Below are positions 27,721 through 42,916 of a stretch of 64,000 nucleotides of DNA, piece after piece. The stretch's first letter is position 1. Each line of letters starts with the position of its first letter. The stretch comes from Chrysomallon squamiferum (lineage: Eukaryota > Animalia > Mollusca), in contig CM022670.1 of assembly GCA_012295275.1 (NCBI GenBank), positions 34,534,001 through 34,598,000 of the forward strand, written 5' to 3'. The notes beneath the pieces were generated by a model that saw nothing but the letters and a program-made list of their open reading frames with translations, had not been told where the DNA came from and searched no databases. A program made the position numbers and the translations under genes.

Positions 27721-28691
27721 CACTCTCTCTGTCTTTCTCTCTCTCTCAACCACTTTCATTATATATATTTTTTTTATAACAGATAAAAGAAAAAACAGTT
27801 AAACTATTTTACAGTCCTCACTGTCAAATAAACACCTGCTTAAAGTAAGAGATAGAACTATCTATTTAACATAAAGAAAAATCTATTTCAAGTGCTCTTT
27901 CAAGTCCATCTCGCTTTGATCGTATCTACTATATATATCTGCACAGAAAGCGATATCCCAATGAAATAAAATTTAAACGGGTAATACTAATAAAACTAGG
28001 TAAATCGGAGCACAAACACGTACACACTTCTTTATTCGTCTACGTTTCCTTGTGTCCCGTTCTTACGCTGTAACGGAACCGTATATTTGCGAAGTGCGAA
28101 GCTGGGATTTTTGCACCTGTGTATAACACACGGCAAATCTGACATACGTAATTGCGAACACGGTCTAGTTTGCTTTAGCGAGCGTGTGTTTCTCCGAGAC
28201 TAGTACCACTGACCGTTCTATTCAGTTCACAGTTCTCTTTATTTCCTCTCAAAACTTTTTAAACGAATAATAGCAATAACACTGTCCGCGAAATCTTCGC
28301 TGGCGACATTTGCTTGTCATTAAAAAAAAAAAAAAAAAAAAAAAATGGAATAAAAAATAAATAAATAAGGACAAATAATAATATAGCGAACACACTGGTC
28401 TTTTTCCCGTCGTCGTTGCATAAAACCCATTAGTAGACGTCGAGCATGTAAATAAAGCAATAATCGAAGCGACTGCTGTCGACGTGTTTTAATGTTTCCT
28501 TTCACAAACGCGCCCCACGTACATTTCAGACCACCTCTTGGAAATGAAGATAATTTCACATTAGTGAGACATCTTTTCAGTATGGATTAATACAGTTCAC
28601 ATAAAACAGTTCTTTATAACTCTACAGATTGTAATATATCCATTATATATTTTATAAAAACATAAAAAAGAGGTTGGAAAAAATGTGTAGC

Positions 28692-28793
<102 letters not shown>

Positions 28794-30756
28794 AACTAAG
28801 CTTTTAAAGTAACACTGAAATCCTCGCAAGATTAGAAATAAATAGTAATAATAAACAAACATCAAAGAAAATCCTTCAACATTTTAAAAATAAATAGCAA
28901 TGATCCTGATAAAAGAAACATTAAGTGCTTCTGTGTTCTAACATGTGGAATACAATTATTATTTATTTTACGTAGTGATAAAAAAAATGAAACAAACTGT
29001 TACGATTGGTTTTGGCTCAATAATGGCAAACTCTTTATTTTTGAACTATCAAACAGAGCTATCGCTCGAGGTTATCATTAAACAAACCACTGATGTAATA
29101 GAATGAAGGTTCTCGTTAAGCGTTGTTGTCATAATAATTCAACAGTTTTACAGAGAAAAATAAAGCATTTAAAAGAATACGATTAAAATACCGCGTACGT
29201 ATCCAGTACAGAAATACAGAATCCTTGCTAACAAGAGCTAACGTAAATGATACTTCTTTGTTGTACTGATATAGGATACTATTTTAAAAAGCCCAGGAAA
29301 TTATTATATTATATATATACTGAAACAGGCGAGTTTGCAATGGGGAACGTACTTGTAAACAGGACCTGTGAGAAGGGGATCCTGCAGATACTTTGTTTCG
29401 GAGCCCAAGAGCTAAGAAGGGACCCATATAACCCTCTTCGAGAAGAAGCATTTTCTACTACCCTCGTTATGTTATATCTGTTCACGGAATAAAAGCATTT
29501 ATGAGAGTTTACATGTAGATTTACTGAACATCAAATCATCAGTTTTGAGAAAAAAATATTTGCCTGCCTCGTGGTTCGTCTTGTACCGATTTACAAAATT
29601 TCTCTTGGCGGCCCGGCTTGTACAGCTGATTGAATAATATTATTACGAACAGGGTCTTTTAATATTGACACTTAATCACTGAAACATTGGATACTAAACA
29701 GAATTTATCGTTTTCATTTTAGACAATCTTGTTTCTGTACGAACAAAATTTAATAGCATTAAATTAATTTGTGTGAACATCAATATCTGTTAAAAAAAAA
29801 ATGTATAACTTTAACTTAGTTATGTGAGAATGCACATTATTTTTTTGTTTTTTGTTTTTTCACAGTTCTCTGAAGGAATCATACTAAAAATTAGTGGCAG
29901 TCAAACTGAAATACTCTAAGATAAACATTCGTTTAGTCATTGCCTATATTGAATAATCGCTAAAAGAATTCAAAAGAAGAAGAAAAAAGAAAAAAGAATA
30001 GACACGAAAAACTGCAAACAACGAACAGAATGATAAACGAAAAGTCCCCAGTCTGCTTTCAAAGGCGGCAGAATGAATTTGTTGCATTCCTTCAAAAAAA
30101 AAAAAAAAAAAAAAACTAACACGGTTTTCTCGTGATCATTCTTACAATAAAATCTTCTTTCAAATCTCTTTGATTTCCTAGTAGAAATCGTACATCAGCA
30201 CCTTCTTCTTAACACTAGGTGATTTCAGAATCAAATTTGTCAGCGGTCATCTAAATAACTGTTTGTATAGCAGACTGTACTTACGGTGACATTTTCGCTG
30301 TACGTCTCTGTGACAGCAAAGTGAAGATGTGACAGTATTATACGACGACGTCTAACACACGTAGTGCCTACATCTCGTAACATTTTGCAATTACCTATCA
30401 ACCTTTTACATTGAGACACGACATTTCCGTACTGTAGTATAATCTACGTGGTTTATATACTGACTTACTGTTTTAGATATTTTAAAATAGTGCCTTAACA
30501 CACAAATATGTTGATTAGGATTGCCAATTTTTTTTTTGTATGTGAATGCCTTGAATGTGAGATGTATGTCGATGCTCGAATGCGAAGTGTTTGTACCCCA
30601 GTAATGAATGTATGTATGTGTTTTTATGATTATCTTGTTGTTTTTGTTTTGTTTTTGAAATACTTAACATTTCAGAGAACTTATATATATCATTCACGAA
30701 GCGCCCTGTAAGGCGTTTTTTTCAATTTTCTTATATGTGTGTATGTATGCATGTGT

Positions 30757-30860
<104 letters not shown>

Positions 30861-31624
30861 TGAAATATAGCCTTGTGGACTCTTCGTCATTGATTGATTG
30901 TGTTCACTACGCCTCAGGCATACACTCGTCCATAGAACTCATTTTCATGCATGTGTGGTTTTCAAGCATCTGGAGTTATGTAGTTTGTATGGGTGTGCAT
31001 GTCCTTAATCGAACAAAAAATACACTATTAAAAAAACATTAACGTCAAAAAATATATATATGCTAATTGTTTTTTTTTTTTTTATTTTTTTTTTTTTTTT
31101 TTTTTTTTGAACATGCATTTACAATAACCCAACGACAATTTCTCAGTCTGTTCCAGTTTTGCTGCTGTATTCAGTTTTTTTCTCTTTTAGGAATTGTTTA
31201 GAATGCACACGTCTGGAACGTCCAATGTGGGTAGGCAGACGACATTCAGGTGCCATTGCATTGACAATATCACAGCAGCAATTACTCATTAAATTTTAGT
31301 TGTTTTCAAAAACGTTTTATTCAAGACTTGGGAATCGTTATATATCCATTGTAAACTGCATGGCTCTTGACCGCGTTGTATGCCTGGATCTGGAATTCGG
31401 TACATTGTTTATAATATGCATTTCCGATACCATTGTTGCAATTTCTCGTTTAATTTTGACATTTTTTTTTTTTTTGGTTTGTTTTGTTCAAAATTCCATT
31501 TAATATTTAGAAGCGTTTTGTCCCCTATTGAAATATGCCTGTCTCTGGAACGCGTCCAGTAGTGCATGTGGGTTACGAACGTCAGTTTGATGCGTATGTG
31601 CGTTTAGAGTCCCGATCTTATGGT

Positions 31625-31995
31625 GTGTAAGCATTTACTATATCACTGTGGTGTACGTAAGCATCTAAAATAACACACTATAACATGTGTAAGCTTTTAC
31701 TATATCACTGTGGTGTACGTAAGCATCTAAAATAACACACTATAACATGTGTAAGCTTTTACTATATCACTGTGGTGTACGTAAGCATCTAAAATAACAC
31801 ACCATAACATGTGTAAGCTTTTACTATATCACTGTGGTGTACGTAAGCATCCAAAATAACACACTATAACATGTGTAAGCTTTTACTATATCACTGTGGT
31901 GTACGTAAGCATCTAAAATAACACACTATAACATGTGTAAGCTTTTACAATATCACACTGTATTATGTGTAATCTTTTACAATATCACACCACGG
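31625..31995. repeat. 62-bp tandem repeat, about 5-6 near-identical copies, built from two related ~30-bp halves
   Basis: GTGTAAGCTTTTACTATATCACTGTGGTGTACGTAAGCATCTAAAATAACACACTATAACAT repeated head-to-tail. Confidence 0.95.
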
Positions 31996-32419
31996 TGTGC
32001 ACGACTATCTACAATACCTTAAGCGGCAACTTCTCGTCAAGTTTTACGTTATGGGCAGATTATCATTTAAAGCTTAGCAGTTGTTGTCAGCGAAATGAAT
32101 AGATCATTGAAACGTCTCAGCGAACCACAATGGGAAGCTAAAGAGATCGGTTTCCCAGTTGTGAAAAAAGACAACAAAAAACTGCAGCCTAACACATTGT
32201 CGGATTCATTTTAATACGCTAGTGAGTTTATCCCCCGTATCGATTTCATGCAGAGGGGATTTCGAATATCGCGATTAGAGACTGTGTATTGATTTTATTA
32301 CATGTTGACAAATTCAATTGCTGTAGCTCGAATTTCATCACAGTGTTTTTGTGTTGTAAAATCACAGAACCTGTGGTGTGCGGGTATCGCGTGTCTATGA
32401 AACTCTAAAGTGTTACGTA

Positions 32420-32820
32420 TTGGGAATAACTGCACAGACTTACGTGGTAGAGAACAACTCCAAAGTATTACATTTGGGGAATAGTTCTAAAAAGTTACGT
32501 TGTAGGGAATAACTCCAAAAAATTACATGGTGGGGAATAATCCCAGAATCTTAATTGGTGGAAGATAACTCCAATGTATTTGGTGGTAAAGGAATAACTC
32601 CAGTGTTTTGATGGGGAATAACTCCAAAGCATTCCATAATGGTGGGGAATAGTTCCAAAGAGTTCCATGGTGGGGAATAACTCCAAAGTGTTTAATACGC
32701 GGAGAGTAACTCCAAAATATTACTTGACAGGGAATAATTCCAGAGTTCTGAGATGGGAATAACTCCGATGTGTTAATTTGTGGGGAGTAACTCCAAAATA
32801 TATCGTCATGGGAATATTCG
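32420..32820. repeat. Degenerate ~28-bp minisatellite with conserved core GGGAATAACTCC, about 14-15 copies
   Basis: Core recurs every ~25-31 bp with diverged intervening sequence. Confidence 0.88.
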
Positions 32821-34585
32821 TTTACACTTAATTATTAGACCAGTTCATAGTAATTGTTATATATTGTAAACATATGACACACTTTATCAGTCAAATTCAG
32901 TTACATCTTAACTGAAAATGTCATCTCTTTCTGTAGTATATAAAAATGGGTAATGAAAACAAAACAGGAGTAATGTCATAGGGAAATGATACCTACAGAT
33001 CAATATAGGGCGGGGACTTTAAATGAAAAGCATGTCACTTTTGTTTAAAATCACTGCTGTTATTGTAAGTTTTGGTAATGACAATAGTATATGTATATTT
33101 TATTTCGGGAGGGTAATAAAATAGAAAAAAAAAAATTAAACAAATAAAAATAATTAAAATCTCCGTTTATTTCCGAAGTACCCGAATCAAATATTATTCA
33201 AACCGTTACGGAGAATTCTTTCGAAACGCCGGTAAGTAAAAAATAAAACAAGCGTATAAACTTATTAGCTACAGATTTCGTAGTTGATATCAAGAAAAAG
33301 AATGTCCAGAATTTTATGGAAGTCTGTAATAGAAAGCGAATTTATTTTATAAACAAATAAAATTTTATATATCAAAACACGTTTGTTCCTTCAGTTTCGA
33401 AATGCCAACAGTATCGAAGACGTTCATATGTAAAATAAAAACCAAGCGTAAGTAATTTATTCCATTTTATTGTCATTATATGTATTTATTGTATACTACA
33501 AAATGTCCCTGTGAATGTAAACAGTGTCTCGTATTTCGGTTTTAAAACCTCCACACCCTTTTTATTCTCAAAAAAAAAAAATATCTATTGAGAAATTTCG
33601 AAGAATGGTTTTATGTAGTTACGTTTTAACGAAATTTGCAGTTTATGACGAGCAATAAAACCCGCAGATTTTATACTGGAAAGAAGCAGATAAAAAAATT
33701 ATGACGTTAAATGAAGTTGTGTCTCAGAAATGGTGACATAAACAAGTTATTGTTGCTTCAAAGGTGTACCAAGAAAGAATAAAACCAGCATTCGTAACGC
33801 AAGTCGTGAGTGTTCGTAAAACAGTCGTTAGTGTTGTCTGAGTGTTAAAAACTTTCTTTGAACAAGTCGCACGTATTACGCGGTTTATTTTTTTTATTAT
33901 TCTTAGCGTTTTTCGTCGAGTCACCAACTGTGGTTTTGTTGACGAATAATAATCGTAGGTGCGATTCGCAAAGCGTTGCTAATTACGTACAACTGCTACA
34001 ATTCTTGGCAGTGTGTAACTTACAACTGATCTACGAACCAAGCAGAACAGTTGTAAACAGATATGAAAGGAAATAGCTAAGAGGGAAACAACAACAACAA
34101 CAACAAAAACTAAGCTAATTAGCTCCGGTTGTCCTTTTGAATTTGAAATGACAAGATACAAAAACAAAATTGCCATAGGCTGATCAACAGACAGAAAGAT
34201 ATTACTGCTATTACTGCTATTACTGTCACTGCCACTGCCACTGCCACTGCTACTACCACTACTACTACTACTACTACTACTATTATTATTATTATAACGA
34301 AGAGATAGTTTTGAAAGGGAGAAATTAAAAAGGAGAGGAAATGAAAGACCGAGACAGCTGAGAGTGAATGACTGTAATGAGAAATTCAGACAAACATATA
34401 CAGACAGACTGACAGAAGGAGTTAAATTCTAGGCATGTTGAATAAATATATTCGTTTACTTCACGTTCTCATTAATTAGCATTTTATGTATTTACATGCA
34501 CACCTACATGGCGCAACAAATAAAATGCAGATACAGCATGTGTTTAAAAAACAGCAGTCATAAATATGCATCTAATCCACTGTAT

Positions 34586-34659
<74 letters not shown>

Positions 34660-35263
34660 AAAGAGATAAACATTACAGCGAGAGAGAGAAAGACAGACAG
34701 ACAGACAGAGACAAATAGATATCGCCAGAGAGAGAGAAACATGAATATAATAACCAAGCTTTTAAAGTAACATTGATGAATTAAACAAGAAATTAATTTA
34801 TAAATTAATTATTATCAATTTTTAAAAACAACAATGACGATATTTATCAATTAAAATGTGCTTACAACATATAATAAATAAATATATATATATAACCGTC
34901 AACATACCTGTGACTGTATATCATATGGATGGAGTCAAATTCGGAAGCCGACACAGATTTCTTTACCGGAGAACGTAATCCAAACATTGCTAATAATGCA
35001 AACAGCAGGTCGACTCGTTCAGTGGTGAATTACCTGAAGGAATACACGGGTAGAGTATGAACGCCGGCTTGACCCCGAGCCGTATACACATAGTGACTTG
35101 TGCAACATCTCAAGCAGGTGAAAACACCGCTACTGACGAACGGCCCGGTTCGGATTTTATCTCCTGTAAATATCAGATCGTTGCCCGCTGGCTGAGAAAA
35201 GTACAAGCGATGACGGCCTATCACAGAGCGTCATAAAGCTTCTTTTCTTTTCTTTTCCTTTTT

Positions 35264-35303
<40 letters not shown>

Positions 35304-35900
35304 CTTTTGTTTGTGTTCCGTGCAGTATTTGATATCACGAAATGAAACCAATTACTTATCTTTTTTTAAATGAGTCTAGAAAAAGATAAAATTACAAGTG
35401 ATCTCAATACTTGTTTGTTTTGATATAATATTACCATACGAAAAGGGACGAAAATAACGAAACCACTTCTGATAAAGTTTTCAATATAATATGTATATAT
35501 ATATAAAAAAAGATATGTAATTGCACCAGAGGGCACTTCACCGCATATTTGGAGGCAATTATTTATGCCATCCCCGACTGCTTCAGATAAAAACAGCTTC
35601 GGGCCGTTGTAACCACAGGATGGTAATTTGTCAATTATGTTGTACCTATCAATAATAAATGTCGTGGAAATTGCTTCGTATAAGAAATGATGAATTACTT
35701 CAAAACTGCACACTTTGCACGTTCCCCGTGAAAAGAAACTTCCGATGATTGAAGCTTTGTCAGGATTAGTCCAGAAGTTCCTCGTTGTTTTTAACAATTC
35801 TTTTTTTTTTTTTTTTTTTTTTTTCTTTTCCTTTTCTTTTATCTTTCCTTTTCGTCTTCTTCAAATAAAAAAAGAAACTATGATAATATTAATTAATTAA

Positions 35901-35999
<99 letters not shown>

Positions 36000-36981
36000 A
36001 ATAAATAAATAAAATAAATAAAAATCAGTATTCAGAAAGAAATCTTAGAAAAAACACAACAAACTTTGATGGCAAATTCCTACAATTCCTTCCTAGGCCT
36101 AGTCTTCGCTAACTTCTTTTCCTCTTTTTTTTTTTTTTTGTTTTCGTTTTCGTAATGGAAGACGAATCCACTATTTAAATGTTTGTCTACACTCGTCTAA
36201 GAATGCGTGTATGGCCACCCGAGCCGCTATGAACATATAAACACGACCTGAACGCCGCCAGGTGTTTTCGTCCAGTTTGACGAGTTTCCTTCTTGAAGCC
36301 TGTACACGTTTTTAAATCGATATGATAATCCTGTGATTATCAGACTAATGCTCTATGAAAAAAAAATAGCGAAAGGGATTTTGCCATGACCCCGTATTCA
36401 TGAGCTATTAAGAGTTTTTTTTATATATATTATTATTATTATTATTGTTATTACTTTCCTCCTTCTGTTACCTCCATGTTGCTTTTAACACCTATCACCG
36501 AGTTAGGACTCACCTGGGTGGTAGTAAAAAAAAAAAAATATATATATATATATATACATAAACCGCGCTCGATATGCACACGTGGAAATCTATAGATAAT
36601 TGTCGATATTTGTCATAATATTTCCACACTCGACTGGTTTAAAGAGAGAATAAAAAAAAAAAAAAAATCTTGCCCTGAAACCTAATTCTGTCTGTCATAC
36701 ATTGTCATAACACTTTTCTCTTTTCAGGTGGCCTGGGTCTCGAGATCGGTTTGATCTTCTCGGCTAGGCCGGCTTACGCGGACAAATCTGCTTAATTTGT
36801 CTTGACAGTTGATGTGTAATGCTAAAGCGGCTAATTACACGTAAAACTAATAGCTAGCTGCACAATGGAATTATTTTTTTTACACTGTTCAGCAGCTTTG
36901 CCGATATTTCTGTCCAATTATCTTTTGAACCCAGTCACCCCGAAACATGAAATATAAAATTCTTAACAAAAATCCACTTTA

Positions 36982-37025
<44 letters not shown>

Positions 37026-39860
37026 TTTACTGTATATAAAGTAAAGTAGATTTATATATATATATATATATATATATACTCGCTATGAATGTGACGTATT
37101 GATTTTTAAAATGTTTCTGTGTCGGAAAATGACATGGAAACAAAATAGAGTTATTTCTTTTTTGTTTTCTTTTACTTGAAATAATTTTTTTTTTTTTAAA
37201 TTGAAATTGCTGCTAGCATGTCATTATTTGACTTCTGTTATGTGGTGTAATTTCCTTTCCTTCTGTTTTTCTTTCTTTTATTCGTTAATTCTTCTTTCTC
37301 TTTTTCAGTCAAGTTGTACTCTCTCTCCCTCTCTCCCTCTTTCTCTCTCTCTCTCTCTATATATATTAAATATCAAAATTATTGACTCATAAAAGTCAAT
37401 ACAAGTCATAAAAAGAATGTTTATGCCTGTGTTCAGTAAATAGTCTCACTTTTTTCTGTATCTAATCTACTAATGGATAAAAACCAATATCAAAACGAAA
37501 GAACCAATATCTTTGATATCTTGCCAAGAAGAACGTACTCTATCTCATTTGAATAAAAAAAATAAAGGGGGGGGGGAGAAGGAAAAAAAAAGGAAGAAGC
37601 AAATTAGACTATATAAATTAAGTTGCCTCTTTTTTTTTCCCTCTTGCTTTACAATAGACTTCAAGATGTAAAAACTCAGTTTAGGATCTGTGATTTTAGA
37701 TGGGTGACGAGTTATCATTATTATGGTAAAACGTTCATCATGAAAAGGTTCCGTGTACTGGAATGTGTAAATGTATATATGTATGTGATCTGAACGTGTG
37801 AATATAGAAATACATTTTTAAAAAACGTCGAAGACAATGCGCTGTGTGGGCCATACCTTCGACTCCGCGTGAGAATTTGACTCATATTTCTCTCGCAGAT
37901 TACATCTTTACAGGTCATCTTCCACGTATTCCGGTGATAGAAATCAGAAAGAATTCACACACAACAGCCACTCTTCTTGAATACTTTAAAACTTTATTGT
38001 TCAGCTCAGAAGTTTGATAACAATCTTTCGCTTTTTTTTTTTTCACTTCACTTCAACTGAGCGCCTTCCTGCTGCGGATACTATCGGAGTTATCAGTGAA
38101 AGTGGAGACATCTAAACGCCGTCACGATTAGTAGTAACGTCTTTCTGTTCTGTCCAGTATATTGTTACCCGATTTCAATGGTGGCGTTATAGCGTTGCAT
38201 AATATAAAAGGTGTGTGTTAATTTTGATATGAGAGGTTCGAAGTGAGACGGTTAAAATAATTTTTGGAAATGTGTGGCTTATTTTGGGGGTTTGTTTTGT
38301 TTTTCTTCTTCTTATTAATAACAAGTGGTTCGTTAGTTCATAAGGGAAACCGCATTTCGATCTTTTTTAGAATATCTGCTTTTCGTAATTACAGAGATAA
38401 GAAAGTTTGAAACGCTTGTTTACTGTGCATGTATAACTGGATTATAAGGGAAATGCTTATAACTTTGTAAATTGCTAATTTATAGATATTAATACTGGTG
38501 AGGTAAAATGGACTCGACTAATAAAACATTCATCTCATACACCCCAGGATAAATTGGCCTTTACAGCCAATATCCTTTGATTGAAATATCAAACATCGCG
38601 GTATGTGTCGTTATTCTATAACTGAAATATCAAATACCATGGTATGTTTTTTCCTACATCTGAGAGAACATATAAAAATGTAGAAAATAATAATATTCTT
38701 AAAAAATGCATTACAAATTCAAAAAGAATATACATATTAATATTCAAACAAGTCGACAGTAACTCCATCGTTTTTGTCTAAGTCTTATGAAAAAAAGGCG
38801 TGCATAGACTGTTGAATAAACAAACCTAATTAATAAGGTGTGTTACCGACAGCAGATCAATTTGGTATTCATTAACCTTAAACTGAGTTAATTCCCTTGA
38901 TTGTCTCGCCTACAATTAAAAGTTCTTTCAGCAGTCTGTTTGAAGTTTTTCGATTAACCGAAAGTAAATAAACTGTACATCGTAATTAATTCATTCAATA
39001 TATAAAATAAAAAAAAATCTAACAGCTTATTTTATAACTGTTTATTTGGTCGAGGTTAAAAATAACATTATAAACAGAGATTACATGATCGTACAGGAAT
39101 TACAATGCAGAAGTTATTTAATATCCGAGAGAAGTAAAAGTGTACCCAACATGCGCAGTATCACGTACTAACTGAAGAGACTTATCAAATATATTAATGA
39201 GTACCAAACAAATCCACCACGGACAGAACTCTGGCGAAATCAGAGCTTTGTGTCCTAAGTATGCTAAAACTGTTTTCTGAGGGAAATATTACCCATACCC
39301 AACATCTCCTGCTCTGAACAGAATTCTGTTCGAATCGTATCTTTGCCCACGATAGATTAACTTAAAAGCTTCGTGACTGAAATACACATATAGCCTAAAG
39401 TTACCCGTTCAAGTGCTTTCTTGGACAAAACAAACTGACGAAATTAGAACTTCTTCCCATGACAGTTTCCTTTATTGAATGCCTACTAAATTACTCATAT
39501 GTCCACATCCACGTATGTTTTTATTATTCATATATTTATATATATATATATACTATTTCAATTATGATTTGTTCCGTCCACCGATAAAAGAAAGGCAGCT
39601 GACTGGAATGTACTGAACTGTGTGTGTGTACTGAACCAAACAAAAACATGGCTGTACTGTCCACCCAGAGTCCACGAACAATGGCCTGTGTATTTATACA
39701 CAACTTTCTCTTTATTCTTCCTTTCTCTTGTTCCACTGATTCGAGTGTGTGAAAGAGCTCGTGTGGACTTTTGCAGTAATTAATGTTTATATTGCGCATG
39801 GGACACAAATGACTGAGATAATATATGATAGTGATGTGGATTTAGTCTACAACTGTCATA

Positions 39861-39891
<31 letters not shown>

Positions 39892-41019
39892 TTACTACGA
39901 CTACTACTACTACTAATTCTATTACTACTACTACTACGACTACTACTACTATTTCTATTACTACTACTACTACTACCACTACGACTACTACTACTATTTC
40001 TATTACTACTACTACTACTATTTCTACTATCATCACTGCTTCTGCTTCTCTTTCTACTACTAATAATTTTAGTTCTACCACTGATATCACGACATTACTA
40101 CTACTTCTATTTTTATTATTTATAGTAACAGCGGTATGGTAATAATAACGGAATAAATTAAAGAAAAACAAAACAGATAAGCTGTTATCTTTCTTCATCG
40201 GAATTCATTTATTATTTGTTATTATTTATTTATTTATTTATAAAGCTTGAAAATAAACAATTACATTCAAAATATGACAGTCATTCAAGCTTATGCTCAT
40301 AACAGACACACACATACATATACAGGCAGAAATATAGAGAGATAAAAGATAAATAGAAAGATACATGCATACATACATACATTCATACACACATACATAC
40401 ATACATACATACAAACATACAAACATACAAACATACGCACTCACATATTTACATACACATACATATACACACACAATATATGTACACTTTTTTATATGAT
40501 ATTTAAATACTTTTTTATACACATCAATACACATACCTAATACACACACACACACACACACACGCACAAACACACACACACATATTTATATTTACACACA
40601 CACCAGTACGTACACAGATTACATTCATCAACAATAAAACTTTCTTCTTTTGACGAAGGAATTACCAGGACACCTGTGCTACGCGTGTTTCTCCGCTGTT
40701 AATATTACTTTTCAAGGAAAACTAAACGCTTTTTCGTGCTTCATTTTCCATTGTCACTTTATCAAAATGATATTTTCGACCTGCGCCGACGGCGATTGTG
40801 AAGAAGCTTTGGGCATAAAAAGTTCACGAGCGAACGAATTGAGAAAATAACCACTGGCAGAATAATTTGCGCGATTCATAAGGTTACTCGGTCTGGTGAA
40901 AGGTTAATTCATTCAGTGACGGTTGAGACTTTTCATTTTGAAAAGAATTTGTTATTACGAGTTATCTCAGAAACCGTATGTGAAAGCTGGTTTTATAGCA
41001 CTCCTCGGACCAAATACGA

Positions 41020-41083
<64 letters not shown>

Positions 41084-42837
41084 TTTTATTATTATTATTA
41101 TCATCATCTTTTGTTTATTTATTTATTTATATTTATTTATTTATATTTATTTATTTGTTTATATTTATTATTTTATTTTTATTTTTTTACTTTTTTATTT
41201 TTTTATTTATTTTTTTATTTATTTATTTGTATTTGTATTTGTATTTGTATTTGTACTTGTATTTGTACTTGTATTTGTATTTGTATTTTATTTTATTTTT
41301 TATTTTATTAGAAAGATGAATGTATTTAGTGCACCAGTACAAATCGACAAATAGATAAATAAATACTGTATTGATTGTTTGTAGTTTTATTATTTTCTAG
41401 TTTATATCCCTCGTCAATAAATCTTTTATGTACTGATGCATGCATAACAGTTCACCGAAGTGTTATAATTATCCCATTTAATGCATAATATGGCATTTAT
41501 TTATTTATTCTTATATATGTACGTATTTACATACACACACATACATATATACATGCATACATGCATATATATATATGTATATGTATATGTATATAAAGCG
41601 CATGTGTGTGTGTTTGTGTGTGTTTGTGTACGGAACTGTGTTTGCAAGAGTATGTGTGTGTGCATGCGTGCGTCTTTGAAGAATTTCACCAGTATTTAAA
41701 CAAAACAAGAAAGTGCTGCACCATTCCCATGCCTCGGATCTTACCACACAAACAAGTTGCGTCTCACAAACGCCTTGAACGTAATACAAAATCAAGAATA
41801 TGTTTTAACACAGTTTTGAAAAAACAACAAACGATGAACGCTGAAAGCTGCAACAGCTTCACGCTGATGATCCAGCGTTGGTTTCAATTCAGACATCACA
41901 GGAAACAGTTTCAAAAGTGCTCCAAATTGCACCAGCCACATAATCGCTAAGAGGTCTCAAAATATTATCACAGTCAGGTATTAAACCGCTTAATATCACA
42001 AGGGGGTCGTGAAGGTTTACGTTAAAGTTACTGTGATAATAATGACGTTTATTGCATATGCTGCTGTTGTTGTTGTTGTTGTTGTTTTTTATTGTTACCG
42101 ATGTCGTCGTTGTTGTTGTTGTTGTTTTGTTGTTATTATTATATTTGCGTCCATCGGTTAAATAAACATCATCTTTATGAGTATCTTTTTTAAACATGAG
42201 TTTTGTAACATAATCTTCTTCTTCTTCTTCTTCTTCTTCTCCTTCTTATTATTGTTGTTGTTGTTTCTGCTGTTATTACTGTTATTTTATTATTATTATT
42301 GTTGTTGTTGTTGTTGTTGTTGTTGCTGTTATTACTGTTGTTATTGGTTTTGTTGTTTTATTATTATTATTTTTGTTGTTGTTGTTGTTGTTGCTGTTAT
42401 TACTGTTGTTATTGGTGTTGTTGTTTTATTATACTTATTATTGTTGTTGTTGTTGTTGTTATTACTGTTGTTATTGGTGTTGTTGTTTTATTATTATTAT
42501 TATTATTATTTTGCACACTTTGGTATTTCTTCCAAGCGACAACTCCACAAACGTTCATTATGGCGGATTATGACGTTAACGTCACTGCATCCGTCAAGGT
42601 TTTGTTATTTTCTCAGATGTTCTGAGCTGTTATTTTTGAACAGGATGTGCGAAAGTTTGATGTGTACATTTGATGTTGTCCATCACCACCTTATAATATT
42701 ACAGTTACACTGTTATATGTTTTGATAAGTATATTTCATTTACATGCCAAAGTTAAAGTGTATCATCACGTCTGTGGTTAATAAATATTTTCTTTAACGT
42801 TAAAGTTTAATTAGATGAGAGGGCTGCAGTTTTTTAT

Positions 42838-42840
<3 letters not shown>

Positions 42841-42916
<76 letters not shown>

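Noticed and set aside
31625-31995. 62-bp periodic array as CRISPR
   Set aside because: Units are nearly identical over their whole length with no unique spacers; ordinary minisatellite.
32420-32820. CRISPR-like repeat/spacer appearance
   Set aside because: Core is only ~12 bp and degenerate, spacers are ~15 bp and related to each other, there are no cas genes, and the context is eukaryotic.
35366-35797. 143-aa minus-strand ORF as a standalone gene
   Set aside because: Non-ATG start next to a poly-A run, AT-rich low-complexity tail and no recognisable domain; mentioned only as context for the 34.9-35.2 kb island.
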